DNA of 64,000 nt from Octopus sinensis (lineage: Eukaryota). The translations under genes and the position numbers were made by a program. This document shows positions 35,664 through 48,360 of the stretch, piece after piece (positions within the stretch are counted from its first letter, which is position 1; the number at the start of each line of letters is the position of its first letter). The stretch covers positions 50,468,001-50,532,000 of the forward strand of contig NC_043013.1 of NCBI RefSeq assembly GCF_006345805.1, in the 5' to 3' direction. The notes beneath the pieces are model-generated. The model was not told the DNA's origin. It searched no databases and was given only the letters and a program-made list of their open reading frames with translations.

Positions 35664-35833
35664 CGCTGGAGTGGCTGTGTGGTAAGTAGCTTGCTTACCA
35701 ACCACATGGTTCTGGGTTCAGTCCCACTGCATGGCATCTTGGGCAAGTGTCTTCTACTATAGCCTCGGGCCGACCAAAGCCTTGTGAGTGGATTTTGTAG
35801 ACAGAAACTGAAAGAAACCTGCCGTATATATAT

Positions 35834-35911
<78 letters not shown>

Positions 35912-36126
35912 CTTGTGTGTCTGTGTTTGTCCTCCTAGCTTTGCTTGACAACCGATGCTGGTGTGTTTATGTCCCCATTACTTAGCGGTTCGGCAAAAGA
36001 GACCGATAGAACAAGTACTGGGCTTACAAAAGAATAAGTCCCGGGGTCGAGTTGCTCGATTAGAGGCAGTGCTCCAGCATGGCCGCAGTCAAATGACTGA
36101 AACAAGTAAAAGAGTAAAAGAGTAAA
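35662..36126 (+). mobile_element. SINE family A, full length
   Basis: Complete motifs. Confidence 0.9.
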
Positions 36127-36151
36127 TATATAAAACATATTCTTTTTCTTT

Positions 36152-36474
36152 TTTTACTTTATTTGTTTCAGTCATATGACTGTGGTCATGCTGGAGCACC
36201 GCCTTTAGTCAAACAAATCGACCACAGGTCTTATTCTTTGTAAGCCTAGTACTTATTCTATCAGTCTCTATTGCCGACCTGTTAAGTTATGTAAACATAA
36301 ACGCACCAGCATACATGCACACACACACACACACACATATATTTATATACGACAGGCTTCTTTCAGTTTCCGTCTACCATATCCACTGAAAAGGCTTTGG
36401 TTGGCCCAAGGCTTTAGTAGAGGACACGCAGTGGGATTGAAACTAGAACCATGGGGTTGCTAAGCAAGCTACTT
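36152..36474 (-). mobile_element. SINE family A interrupted by a 2-kb insertion (remainder at 38486-38512)
   Basis: Head sequence taagcaagctactt|accacacagcc resumes at 38486. Confidence 0.85.
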
Positions 36475-38485
36475 TATTCCATAAATTTGGCTATGCAGCC
36501 TTACAAAGATGAAGCTGCAGGCTGGACACAGACGCAATGATAATGGAGTGGAAAAGATGGTTGGTGGGAGAAGCAAACAATGCCAGCCGATTGTTGTTGC
36601 ATTCACGTAAACATTGTTCTCTTTTTTTCTACAACAAAACAAAATAAAGTATTGAACTTCTTACTTCAGATCAAAGAATGGACACAATCGTCCTTACAAA
36701 TTGAGGCGCTGAGCCTCAATTCAAATTTGAATCAAAATTCAAATTGAGGCACTAAGGCTATATGTCTCCTGCAGGCAATTCTGCAGTTCCAAGTCGGGGC
36801 TCCAAAAGGCAAACCTATATTGGTCCCTGGGAAAGGAGTCCATCACCCTGAACATATCATCCTCCATTATGACAGCTACAGTTACCTCTGGAGGCCAATC
36901 CGGGTCTTCAGTACAGGACAGGACCCCCTCCCTCCGACCCTGTAGCTTCTTCACAAAGCTCTCTACCACCCCTCCGTTATGAAAGAAGATCACAAAATCA
37001 TCCTTCATCATAATGGGTGGGGCCACAGTTTCCTCTGTCGGTGGCACAATTCCCACCGATGAGGTTTCAGGACTTGCTGGCAATGTCCCATTCTTTGTCT
37101 TCTTTTTTTTTTCTCCCTTGTGCAACGGGAGGGTGTAGTTCTTCCTCTTTATCCAGAGGATCTTCTCTCCCTCCTGCAGCTTTGGGGTCTTTCGGTGGGC
37201 AAGCATTGTTGCCCACCTTATTCCTTTTTCTTCCTTTTTTTTGAAGAGGTCTTCACTCCTCAACTGCCTCCATCTCTCCCTCTAAAGAAGACGGGGGCAG
37301 CACTAATTTGGTTCTGGGGATGGTTCTTCTTAATATGGCCTGATTCCAGACACAGGTGACACTTGGGTGGGGGGCGTCCCTTAAGTATCACTGGGTACCT
37401 GCAACCGACCATTTTCAGAAAATCTGGAAATACCAGATCTTTAGCAGCTGATTGGGTTCATAGGGTCAAAATTGCTTTTGACCCCACCCAATCGGCTGCT
37501 GGCAACAATTTCAGATTTAAAGATTGAGCCTGCTGCCACCCAGACCGAGGCAGATAGTATCCTCAATCCATTCTGGTTCAATGTCCAGTGGCAGCCCACA
37601 GACTCAAGCTCTTGTTAATTTCTTCCCATAATATGTGGGAAGAAACAGAATTTTTTGCCCTTCTAAGGGCTGGCTCGCAAATTTGCGAGCCACCTCACGG
37701 ATATCAAATAGCAACCCCACCATTGCATGTCTAACACCCCTGGAAATAAACTTAATAGTTAGCAGATATTCTGCCAACTCTTTTTTGATTTCTGTCTTTG
37801 GAAAGACCGCGATGGTATCGAGTGACTTAAAATAAGTCCTCAACACCATGGTTCTTTCCTCTAAGTTTTTCAACCATTGCTTGGGTAGGATGGTTTCCCA
37901 CTTCAACGCAGTGTTCATTTTCTTCACCATGCTTTGAAAAAGTTCAGAAAAAGTTCAGAAAAAAACAACAAAAGTCCAAACAAAGTAAAAAAAAACAGTT
38001 CAACGGAAGACAAAGAAGAGCAGAAAAACAAGAAGAGAAAAAGAAAGAAGGAAGACAGTTCAAAACATGGCAACACACAATTCCGGTCACCCGGTAATCC
38101 TGCCCAACAGGTACCCCAAAAAGGTTCTCCAAAAGGGAACAGGGATACAGCAGCAGGAACACAACTTCAAAAAAATCTGCCACAAATTGATAGAAATTCA
38201 GAAATTTTTCCCCTCAAAATTTCACAATTTTTGGAGGTGGGATACGCCCCCAAAACTACACAATTCTCACAATTAAGTGAGACAGTGCAACTATAGGCAG
38301 ACAAATGCCCCAGAACTCAGTAAGGATTTAGTTGTTCGAAAAAAAAAAAAATGGACAACAAACAACAAACCCCCACTGAATCCCACAAAAAACAAATCTC
38401 TTACCTTATAGTTGCGCCTTCAAAGTTCTTCAATTCAAGACTGCTGTGAAAATAACGTCTTGACAACACCAGTGCAGTAGTAGAG
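36475..38485 (-). mobile_element. ORF1-only non-LTR retroposon (HAL1-like) with 14-bp TSD
   Basis: TSD taagcaagctactt at 36461-36474 and 38486-38499; terminal AATAAA overlapping the TSD; one disrupted ORF with a zinc knuckle; no EN or RT motifs. Confidence 0.7.
36739..37930 (-). pseudogene. L1/Tx1-type ORF1 (gag-like) protein with CCHC-type knuckle, disrupted
   Basis: MVKKMNT... start at 37930; GRPPPKCHLCLESGHIKKNHP (knuckle at 37361-37320); Lys-rich segment and C-terminal part to the stop at 36739; internal stops and frameshifts. Confidence 0.6.
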
Positions 38486-38514
38486 TAAGCAAGCTACTTA
38501 CCACACAGCCACCC

Positions 38515-38838
38515 CCTTTGGTCATGAATGATCATGGGATTGTACTTAGAAAGTTCCCCTCCAAGGCACAAGTCTGGGCAAGATTGTTTATGGAAGACCA
38601 GCAGTCACCCATGCATACCAGCCTCTTCTCTCCATGCCACGAATGTTACCCAAGGGAAAGGCAAAGGTTGATACAGTTCGGTACCTGTGATGTTGCAACT
38701 CATTTCTACAGCTGAATTAACTGGAGCAACATGAAATAAAGTGTCTTGCTCAAGAACACAGCACGCAGCCCAGTCTGTGAATCAAATTCACTGTCATAAT
38801 TGTGAGCCCAGCACTCTAACCACTGAGCCATGTCCCTT
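38515..38838 (-). mobile_element. tRNA-headed CORE-type SINE related to family E
   Basis: Reverse complement gacatggctcagtggttagagtgctgggctcacaa...gtgttcttgagcaagacacttt. Confidence 0.65.
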
Positions 38839-38865
38839 TGCTATAGTAGAAGGGATTATTATTTA

Positions 38866-40128
38866 CAGGGTGCGATGGGTAAATTGTTGTCATTTTATAT
38901 CTTTAATTTCGCGCATGTGCATTGTTTGTTTTTGATTTTGTTGACTACACAGTATAGTAGGGACAGTTGGGCACCATCTGTGAGAAAAACAGCACCACCA
39001 TGACACAATTCACTCTGCCAGAAATTTGAAAATGACATGCTGCGCTTTATGGCCTCCATGCTGGAAGTTCCAATATGAAGATTTCAGATTACATGGATGT
39101 CAATGTGAGGACAGTGCAGAGGATTCGGAAAGAGTTGGATGAGTCTAATGGTGATTACGAAGGTATGGCAGCTCGGAAAACTCACTCTGGTCGCTCTGAT
39201 AAGAAAAGAACTCCTGAATTTGCTGGTGAGATCCAAGCCATGATTGACAATGGTCCCTCTGAGTCAATCAGATCCATCGCCAGGGACATGGAAGTGTCAG
39301 AGTTTCCTATCAGGCAGGTAGTGCACGAAGACAGTTGGTATTCCTCATACAAGATGAGAAAGGGCCAATTTTTATCCCAGTCCCTCAAAGACAGGAGGAA
39401 AGACCATGGTATGAAGCTTTTGAACAAACTCAATCATCCCCTGCAACTGAACACGCTTTGGTTTTTCTCATATGAGAAAAATTTTTGCCACGATCAGATG
39501 GTGAACACACAGAAGAACTGTTGGTTTACTGTCTCCAAACCATATACTGAGAGTGATAAAAATCAAACATCCAGTCAACATCATGGTGTTTGGAGTGATC
39601 ACTAGTGATGGTGACGTTACGCCTCCATTCATCTTCCCCCACGGCCTCATACTCAACACAGAGGCCTACGTCAAGTGCCTGGAGGAGGTAGTGTTGCCCT
39701 GGATCAAGAGGATGGCTGCTGAAAGACCCTATGTCTAGCAACAGGACTGTGCATCATGCCCACACAAGCAGGAGAACCCAGTCAGGGCTGTCAGACAATT
39801 TCTGAGACCACACCACCCCTAACTCCCCAGACTGATTATTATGTGTGGGATGCAGTTGAGCGAGAGACCAACAAAACTCTTTGTAACACCAATGATGAAC
39901 TGAAGGCAAGGATTATGGCTGCATTCACCAACTTAAACAAGGAGACCGTCCAGAAGAGTTGCTGGAGATTCCGAAGTCATCTGGAGGTCGTGGTTAAAGC
40001 CAATGGCGATTTAATTGAATAAATTTTACTCTTTAGTATTTCAAGATATTTTTATGTAATTTTGGTAAATATATCTATTACAATGCCTTTTTGCGTAATT
40101 TAGATGACAATATATTCACCGCACCCTG
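38866..40128 (+). mobile_element. Full-length decayed maT/DD37D-type Tc1-mariner transposon
   Basis: TIRs cagggtgcgatgggtaaattg / attcaccgcaccctg with TA on both sides; HTH region NVRTVQRIRK, FS(D>Y)EK, QQD, DYYVW motifs; stops and frameshifts. Confidence 0.9.
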
Positions 40129-40770
40129 TATATATGAATAAATACATATATAGATATACATGTACACATATATGTACACACTCACACACACACATACATA
40201 CATTTATGTATGTATGTATGTATATGTATATGTACATGTGTGTATATGTGTGCATGTGTGTCTTTTTGTTTACAATTATTTCTACAAAAGTTGCTTGCTT
40301 CAAGTAATGTTGCTGCTGTCACGTCTTGTTGACAACAAGTCACCATCATTTCAAAGACGTGTGAATGAAATGATCCCTTACTTGAGAAGCAGGTAAGGTT
40401 TAGCGTGGGGAAAGGCATCCAGCTGTGAAACAATGCCTGAAATAATATAGGCATCAAACCCATGCTAGCATGGCAAAACAGATGTGAAAACAAATGAATA
40501 AACAAAACAGCAGAGTTCTGTGCAGTTGGCATCAACCAAGTTCATTCACAAGGCTCATGGTTAGCTTATGAATGTAGAAGAAGACATTTACTGAAGGTGT
40601 TGTGATGTGGGACAGAACTTGAAACAACACGGTCAAGAAACAAAGTCCTTAAGCACACAGCCATTCTTAAATAGAAGATGAGATGGCCATAGCTACAACA
40701 CCATTGATCATAGATCTGCTCAATCTAGTCTGACCTGGGGCTTGAACGTTAGCAATATTACTATGGTAGT

Positions 40771-41258
40771 AAGGTGGTGAGCTGGCAAAAACATTAGCAC
40801 GCCAGGCGAAATGCTTAGTGGTATTTTGTCCATCCTTATGTCCTGAGTTCAAATTCCGCTGAGGTCAACTTTACCTTTCATCCTTTCAGGGTCGATAAAT
40901 TAAGTACCAGTTGCATACTGGGGTCGATCTAAGCGACTGACATTCCATCTCCCCAAAAATTTCAGGCCTTGTGCCTACAGTAGAAAGAATGGCGAGCTGG
41001 CTGAAATGTTAGCACGCCGGGCAAAATGCATAGTCGTATTTCATCTGCCGTTACGTTGTGAGTTCAAATTCCACTGAGATCAACTTTGCCTTTCATCCTT
41101 TCGGAGTTGATAAATTAAGTACCAGTTACGCACTGGGGTTGATATAATCGACTTAATCCGTGTGTCTGTCCTTGTTTGTCCCCTCTATGTTTAGCTCCTT
41201 GTGGTTAGTAAAGAAATAACAATTATTATTATTATTATTATTATTATTATCATTATTA

Positions 41259-41295
<37 letters not shown>

Positions 41296-41548
41296 CATTA
41301 AGGCAAGCTGGCAGAATCGTTAGCATGCTGGGTAGAATGCTTTGTAGCATTTCGTCCGTCTCCAATGTTTTGAGTTCAAATCCTTACCGAGTTCAAATCC
41401 TTACCGAGTTCAAATCCTTACCGAGGTCAACTTTGTCTTTCATTCTTCCGGTGTCAATGAAGTAAATACCAGTTTTATACTGGGGGTTTCATTGCAACTA
41501 ACTTACCCACACCCACCAATTACTGATCTTGTGCCAAAACTGGAAGTC
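40771..41548 (+). mobile_element. Three SINE family B units flanked by one 17-bp direct repeat
   Basis: aatattactatggtagt at 40754-40770 and 41549-41565; units begin near 40771, 40991 and 41299. Confidence 0.85.
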
Positions 41549-41872
41549 AATATTACTATGGTAGTTCAGTAGATCAACACATGAACCTCATAACCATTGT
41601 GCTAATTATAGCTAATTATAATGATCAAATTTAATTAATTATCTTTTTCTTCATCACATACTTTTATTACTTATTTTGTTTTTTTATTGAAGAACTTTGT
41701 AGTCTTGTAATTAATTAGTTTTTGTGTGTGTGTGTGAGTGTGTGTGTGTTTTGTAGGTCATGCATTATTGATTTTAATAAGTAGTAAGAGCCATAAATAG
41801 TGTATAGGCACTGGGTTGAGTGGGTGGAGCAACGGGAGGTGATGACTTGCGCACGACATGTGTGGGGGTGAT

Positions 41873-42280
41873 ATCATCATCATCATCATCATCATAACCG
41901 TCAATTATCATCATCATCATCATCATCATTAATCATCATTGTCGTCTTCGTCACCATCAATCAATCATCATCACCACCCTGCCATCATCGTCATTGTCAT
42001 CAATATCATCATCATCATCATCATCATCAATATCATCATCGTCATCATCATCATCATCTTCATCATCATCATCATCATAATCATTATCAACATCATCACC
42101 ACCCTGCCATCATCATTGTTGTCATCATAAATATCATCATCATCACCGCCCTGCCATCATCATCAATATCATCATCTTTGTCATCGTCGTCATCACCACC
42201 CTGCCATCATCATCGTCATCATCTTTCATCATCATCACCACCCTGTCATCATCATCATCATTGTCGTCGTCATCATCAGT
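41873..42280. repeat. (ATC)n microsatellite
   Basis: Directly visible. Confidence 0.95.
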
Positions 42281-42371
42281 TCTATGTCTGCATTTTCCAC
42301 AATAGCAATGAGATGCTCACAAAGTCTTCATCCCGAGGCCCCTTCCATCTTCGCCCTTAATATTTCCCCTG

Positions 42372-42590
42372 TTTAAGGCAGCAAACCGTCAGCACATTGA
42401 ACAACATGCTCAGCAGTATTCCGTCCATCTTTACATTCTGAGTTCAAATTCCACTGAAGCCGACTTTGCCTTTCATCCTTTTCGGGGTTAACAAAATATA
42501 TACCAGTTACGCACTGGTGTCGATGTAATCGACTTGCGACAACCTTCCCCTGAAACTGCTGGCCTTGTGTCAAAGTTTGAAACCTATATT
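42372..42590 (-). mobile_element. SINE family B
   Basis: Core ttctgagttcaaattccactgaagccgactttgcctttcatcc is actually read on the + strand here; orientation therefore uncertain, family assignment clear. Confidence 0.6.
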
Positions 42591-42596
42591 TAAACG

Positions 42597-42917
42597 ACAA
42601 TGATGACGAAGATGATGATGATGATGGTGATGATGATAATGATGGTGATGATGATGATGATAATGTTGATAATGATGATGATAATGATGGTGATGATGAT
42701 AATGATGGTGATGATGACGACGATAATGTTGATAATGATGATGATAATGATGGTGATGATGATAATGATGGTGATGATGATGATGATGATGGTGATGATA
42801 ATGATGATTATAATGATGGTGATGATGATAATGATGATGATGATGATGATAATGATGATGGTGATGATGATGATGATGATAATGATGATGATAATGATGG
42901 TGATGATGATAATGATG

Positions 42918-42949
<32 letters not shown>

Positions 42950-43104
42950 GGTGATGATAATGATGATGATGATGATAATGATGATGATAATGATGGTGAT
43001 GATGGTGATGATGATGATGATGGTGATGATAATGATGATGATGATGATGATAATGATGATGGTGATGATGATGATGATGATAATGATGATGATAATGATG
43101 GTGG

Positions 43105-43135
<31 letters not shown>

Positions 43136-43136
43136 A

Positions 43137-43168
<32 letters not shown>

Positions 43169-43282
43169 GGTGATGATAATGATGATGATGATGATGATAA
43201 TGATGATGGTGATGATGATGATGATGATAATGATGATGATAATGATGGTGGTGATGATGATGATGATGATGATGATAATGAT
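42597..43282. repeat. (GAT)n microsatellite, about 690 bp
   Basis: Directly visible. Confidence 0.97.
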
Positions 43283-46200
43283 GACAAAATCAACCACAAC
43301 TAGAGCAGCAGCAGCAGCAACAACAACAACAGCAGCAACAACAAAATCAACCACAACCAGAGCAGCAGCAACAACAACATCAACAACAACAGCAGCAACA
43401 ACAAAATCAACCACAACCAGAGCAGCAGAGCAGCAACAACAACAACACCAATTGACCAGTGCGGTTCTTGCAGAACTGCAACAATCGATCTGTGCTTTAA
43501 GAGGGGAAGTAGCAGGAATAAAAGCAACCATTCAGGTTGGACTCCACAATGGGGGTCTTATCGGAATGCTCTGCTAAAGAACCTCCCTGTACCTGTACCT
43601 CTTGTCGCATCTAAGACCGCGGATTCTGCTACCATGAAGTCATTGCCATTGGGGTGCCTGAAGACATGGCTGATCTTCAGGCATTTGCTGCCAACTCAGC
43701 CAAAGACCTAGGCTGCGTTCCCCCAACGGGTGCTATCCGCCTTGGACGACCTGGCCCAAAACCTAGGCTCATCAAGCTGTCTTTTTCGGACCACACTGAG
43801 GCAACCTCTTACCATCTGGCCTCAGTTAAAGCTGGGCGTGCAAATCGGACCACCTTCCGAACCGCCCAGGCTTACCGTCCGATCTACGTCCGAAGCTACG
43901 TGTAGCGGCTTCCTGAATAGGAACTCAGCTCTACAGGAAAGCTTCAGTCTTCGGGAAGATGGACAAATCTGGAGAGATTTGTCAAGACTGCTGAAACGTG
44001 GAAGAGAGATACCAGCTGGTCTGAGTGCTCTCTACCCACAATAACTAAAAAGACTACAGCAACTCAGGGAAACTAAGCCAGGACAATCTGCCAACCTCCA
44101 CACACCATCATAAACTGCGAGCAGGGTACAAATTGTTGTCCTTAAATGCTCGCAGTTTATGCAACAAAATACATTTGTTCAACGCCTACGTCAGAAGTGT
44201 TGACCCTGACTTCATCACTGTCACGGAAACATGGGCGCATTCCTTACTCTGTGATGGGGTTTTCAACATCACGGGGTACAACCTCTTCCGTAAGGACCGC
44301 ACTAACCGCCGTGGTGGTGGTGTGATGGTCTACGTTCGTTCAAATTTTTTGGTAATTCCTTGTGCCGATTTGAACGAATCACAAGAAGAAGTTTTTTTCT
44401 GTGACGTACGTATGACCATGTCAACACTCCTGCTTGGCGTTGTTTATCGTCCCCAAATTACCATCAGGACACACAGCTTTGCAACATCCTCCGAGCTGCA
44501 GCCAGGAAAACAGCCACTTATGTGTTTATTGCAGGCGATTTCAATCATCCTGAGATCGATTGGGAAACCTTCCGTTGGCCACAGAGTGCAAACGATTTTG
44601 TTGAGCTTGTGCTGGACTCAAACTGGTCACAAGTAGTCACCTCTCCAACAAGAGGCGACAACACCTTGGACCTGCTCTTCACCACAACTCCTGAAGCGGT
44701 TATCATTGCACTACGGAGGAACCTCTAGGTGACACTGATCATGCTATGATCATCGCCAATCTGGCTCTTGCGGGCAACAAACACCTGAACCATCTCCAAT
44801 CTGCTTCCTTCGATTGGAAGAGAGCAGATTGGAACCTGTACCACACTGAACTACTGCACCCAAACTGGCGTGAATTCTACAACTCTGGAGATGTGAATAC
44901 TATACTCCAGAGTATCCTGGACTCAATATGGCAGCATGTGCAGCATCAGTGCCACGTAAACCAAAAAAGAAGAACTGCCCCAAAAGGGCAATTTGGGAAA
45001 CTTCAGCGGTCCGACTTGCCAGGAAGAACGTCGGACTGCTGAACAGGAATACAAGTTGCATAAATCAGACACCAACAGGAAGAAGCGGAATAAATCCTCC
45101 AACCATCTCAAGCAAGTGACAAAAAATGCAGTGCTTGAATTTGAACAGTGCATAGCAGCCAATCCTGACAGCAAGGTTTTCTGGAAATATGTGCATTCAA
45201 AGCAGAGACCTCACTCTCCAGTGGGCCTCTTCGCAACCCTCACACGAACCAGATCACTGACGACCCAAGGAATGCGCAGAACTCATTGCCAAGTGCTATG
45301 CAAACATATTCACTGTCGAAAGTCAAAATGTACCATCTTCACCATCACTAACAGCAAACTCCATAACAACTATGGAATTTACACCTGCAATGCTGCGACG
45401 TCACCTTCAAAATAAGCGCAACTATGCCTCCCCTGGTCTCGATGGAGTTACATACCTGCTTCTCAAACGTGGCAGGCACTTCCTTTTACACCAGCTTTCT
45501 ATTTTCTTCCAGTACTGTCTCAACAATGGTGCTACTCCGGAGCAGTGGAAAACTGCCAGTGTCATTCCTCTGTTCAAAAAGGGTGACCGCACATCACCTG
45601 TCAACTATCGCCCAGTCAGTCTCACTAGCTGTATTGCAAAACTGATGGAATCGTGTGTCAGAGAAACACTCTGGAACTTCTGGAGCTCTCACAGTCTCAT
45701 CCGACCCTCACAATATGGATTTGTCCCTAACTCCAGCTGCAGTGACCAGCTTGTCGAGTTCCTTGAGGACATTACTCAGATCACTGACAGTGGCTCATGG
45801 GTGGATGTTGTCTACCTTGACTTTGCTAAGGCTTTCAACTCTGTGCCACATAAAAGGCTTATGGTGAAACTCTCTGCAATGGGTGTGGGGGATGACCTTT
45901 TTACTGGTTGAAATCCTTCATCCTCAGCCAAAAGGAGGTAGTCACAGTTCTAGGACAGCACTCTACACCATATGAGATGTCATCGGGTGTACCACAGGGA
46001 TCTGTCCTTGGTCCCCTCCTGTTTGTGGCATACATTAATGACATAGATGCCAATTTAAAGAATGCCACAGTATTGAAATATGCAGACGACATCAAGCTGT
46101 ACCTTGAAATCAAGAGGACTGATCCTGATGTCTACAACTCTTTCCTGCAATCAGACCTAGACACAATGCAGCAATGGATCACAGACTGGCAATTGAAACT

Positions 46201-46966
46201 GGCTGTGGACAAGTGTACCACCATGCATTTTGGGAGAAAAAACCCTGCGTCCACATACTCCCTCCACAACACTGATATCAAGAAATCCTCTTGCAAGCGT
46301 GACCTAGGCATTACTGTCAGCAGTGATTTGCGTTGGACAAAGCATATCTCTAAAATTGTCAAGAAGGCCGAGGGTGTCTTGGCATCACTCAGCAAGACTT
46401 TTGTTAGCCGCTCTCCAGCCATCTATTTAAAACTGTATACAGCTATGGTACGACCACACTTGGAATTCGCATCATCAGTTTGGAATCCCTATCTTGCTCA
46501 GAACATTGGCCTCCTGGAATCTGTCCAGAGACGTGCAACCAAACGCATACCCTCCATCAGACACCTACCATATTCTGAGCGCCTTGTTTCCTGGGCATGG
46601 ATTCACTGAAGCTCCGGCGTCTAGCGACGGACTTGGTAAACACCCACAAGGTTATCAACCACCTCACCAACAACAACACTGAACACCTTTTTGATCTCCA
46701 TGTGTCTACAAACACGTGGACATGGCTACAAAGTCAGAAAACAGCACAGCTCCCATGACTTTCGGAAACATTTTTTCACGCTCAGGGTTGCTGAAGCGTG
46801 GAATAAACTGCCTGCATCAGTTGTTGACTGCCATAACACTGCATCCTTTAAGGCCCTCATGCTTCCCGAAATCCGTCGAAACTACACCTGATTATATATA
46901 CACTTTAGATGAGTTGTAGTGCACCTGAGCACTGTACACAATTATTATTATTATTATTATTATTAT
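43283..46966 (+). mobile_element. CR1-clade LINE, near full length (ORF1 remnant, APE-RT ORF2, (ATT)n tail)
   Basis: ORF1 RLGRPGPKPRLIKLSF; ORF2 motifs as in the next feature; tail gcacctgagcactgtacaca(att)n. Confidence 0.92.
44125..46891 (+). pseudogene. LINE ORF2 (apurinic endonuclease and reverse transcriptase), about 6 frameshifts
   Basis: LNARSLCNK, TVTETW, RKDR..RRGGGV, AGDFNHP, SPGLDG, YRPVSLTS, QYGF, YLDFAKAF, GVPQGSVLGPLLF, KYADD, RDLG, RPHLEFAS..W.P, QRRATK, TRGH. Confidence 0.92.
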
Positions 46967-47116
46967 GATAATGATGGTGATGATGATGATGACGATGGTG
47001 ATGATGACGATGATGATGGTGGTGATGGTGATGATGATGATGATGATGGTGATGATGATAATGATAATGATGACGATAATGATGTGATGATGATGATGAT
47101 GATGGTGGTGATGGTG

Positions 47117-47148
<32 letters not shown>

Positions 47149-47181
47149 GATGATGATGATAATGATGACGATAATGATGTG

Positions 47182-47213
<32 letters not shown>

Positions 47214-47247
47214 GATGATGATGATGATAATGATGACGATAATGATG

Positions 47248-47294
<47 letters not shown>

Positions 47295-47317
47295 TGATGG
47301 TGATGATGATGATGGTG

Positions 47318-47349
<32 letters not shown>

Positions 47350-47439
47350 GATGATGGTGATGATGATGGTGATGATGATGATGATGATGATGATGATAAT
47401 GATGACGATAATGATGTGATGGTGATGATGATGATGGTG

Positions 47440-47471
<32 letters not shown>

Positions 47472-47491
47472 GATGATGGTGATGATGATGG

Positions 47492-47527
<36 letters not shown>

Positions 47528-47570
47528 CGATAATGATGTGATGATGATGGTGGTGATGATGATGATGGTG

Positions 47571-47602
<32 letters not shown>

Positions 47603-47622
47603 GATGATGGTGATGATGATGG

Positions 47623-47658
<36 letters not shown>

Positions 47659-48290
47659 CGATAATGATGTGATGATGATGGTGGTGATGGTGATGATGAT
47701 GATATGATGATGATGGTGATGGTGATGAGGGTGATGATGATGATGGGATGGTGGTGATGGTGATGATGATGATAATGATGATGGTGGTGATGGTGATGAT
47801 GATGATATGATGATGGTGGTGATGTGATGAGGGTGATGATGATGGTGATGGTGGTGATGGTGATGATGATGATAATGATGATGGTGGTGATGGTGATGAG
47901 GGTGATGATGATGGTGATGGTGGTGATGGTGATGATGATGATAATGATGATGGTGGTGATGGTGATGAGGGTGATGATGATGGTGATGGTGATGGTGATG
48001 GTGATGATGATGATAATGATGATGGTGGTGATGGTGATGAGGGTGATGATGATGGTGATGGTGGTGATGGTGATGATGATGATAATGATGATGGTGGTGA
48101 TGGTGATGATGATGATAATGATGATGATGGTGATGGTGATGGTGATGATGATGATGGTGGTGATGATGATGATGGTGATGGTGGTGATGGTGATGATGAT
48201 GATAATGATGATGGTGATGAGGGTGATGATGATGGTGATGGTGGTGATGGTGATGGTGATGATGATGGTGATGATGGTGATGGTGATGAT
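46962..48290. repeat. (GAT)n/(GGT)n microsatellite, about 1.3 kb
   Basis: Directly visible; internal higher-order units such as gacgataatgatgtgatg and gagggtgatgatgatggtg. Confidence 0.97.
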
Positions 48291-48360
48291 GCAATCAAAT
48301 AATTAAATTCTGTTTTAATAGATTAAAGTAAAAGCTCCTTATTACATGGATTGAGTTTAG

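Noticed and set aside
42590-43577. Poly-Met/poly-Ile/poly-Asp ORFs resembling acidic biomineral proteins
   Set aside because: Translation of (GAT)n; only the last 300 bp belong to LINE ORF1
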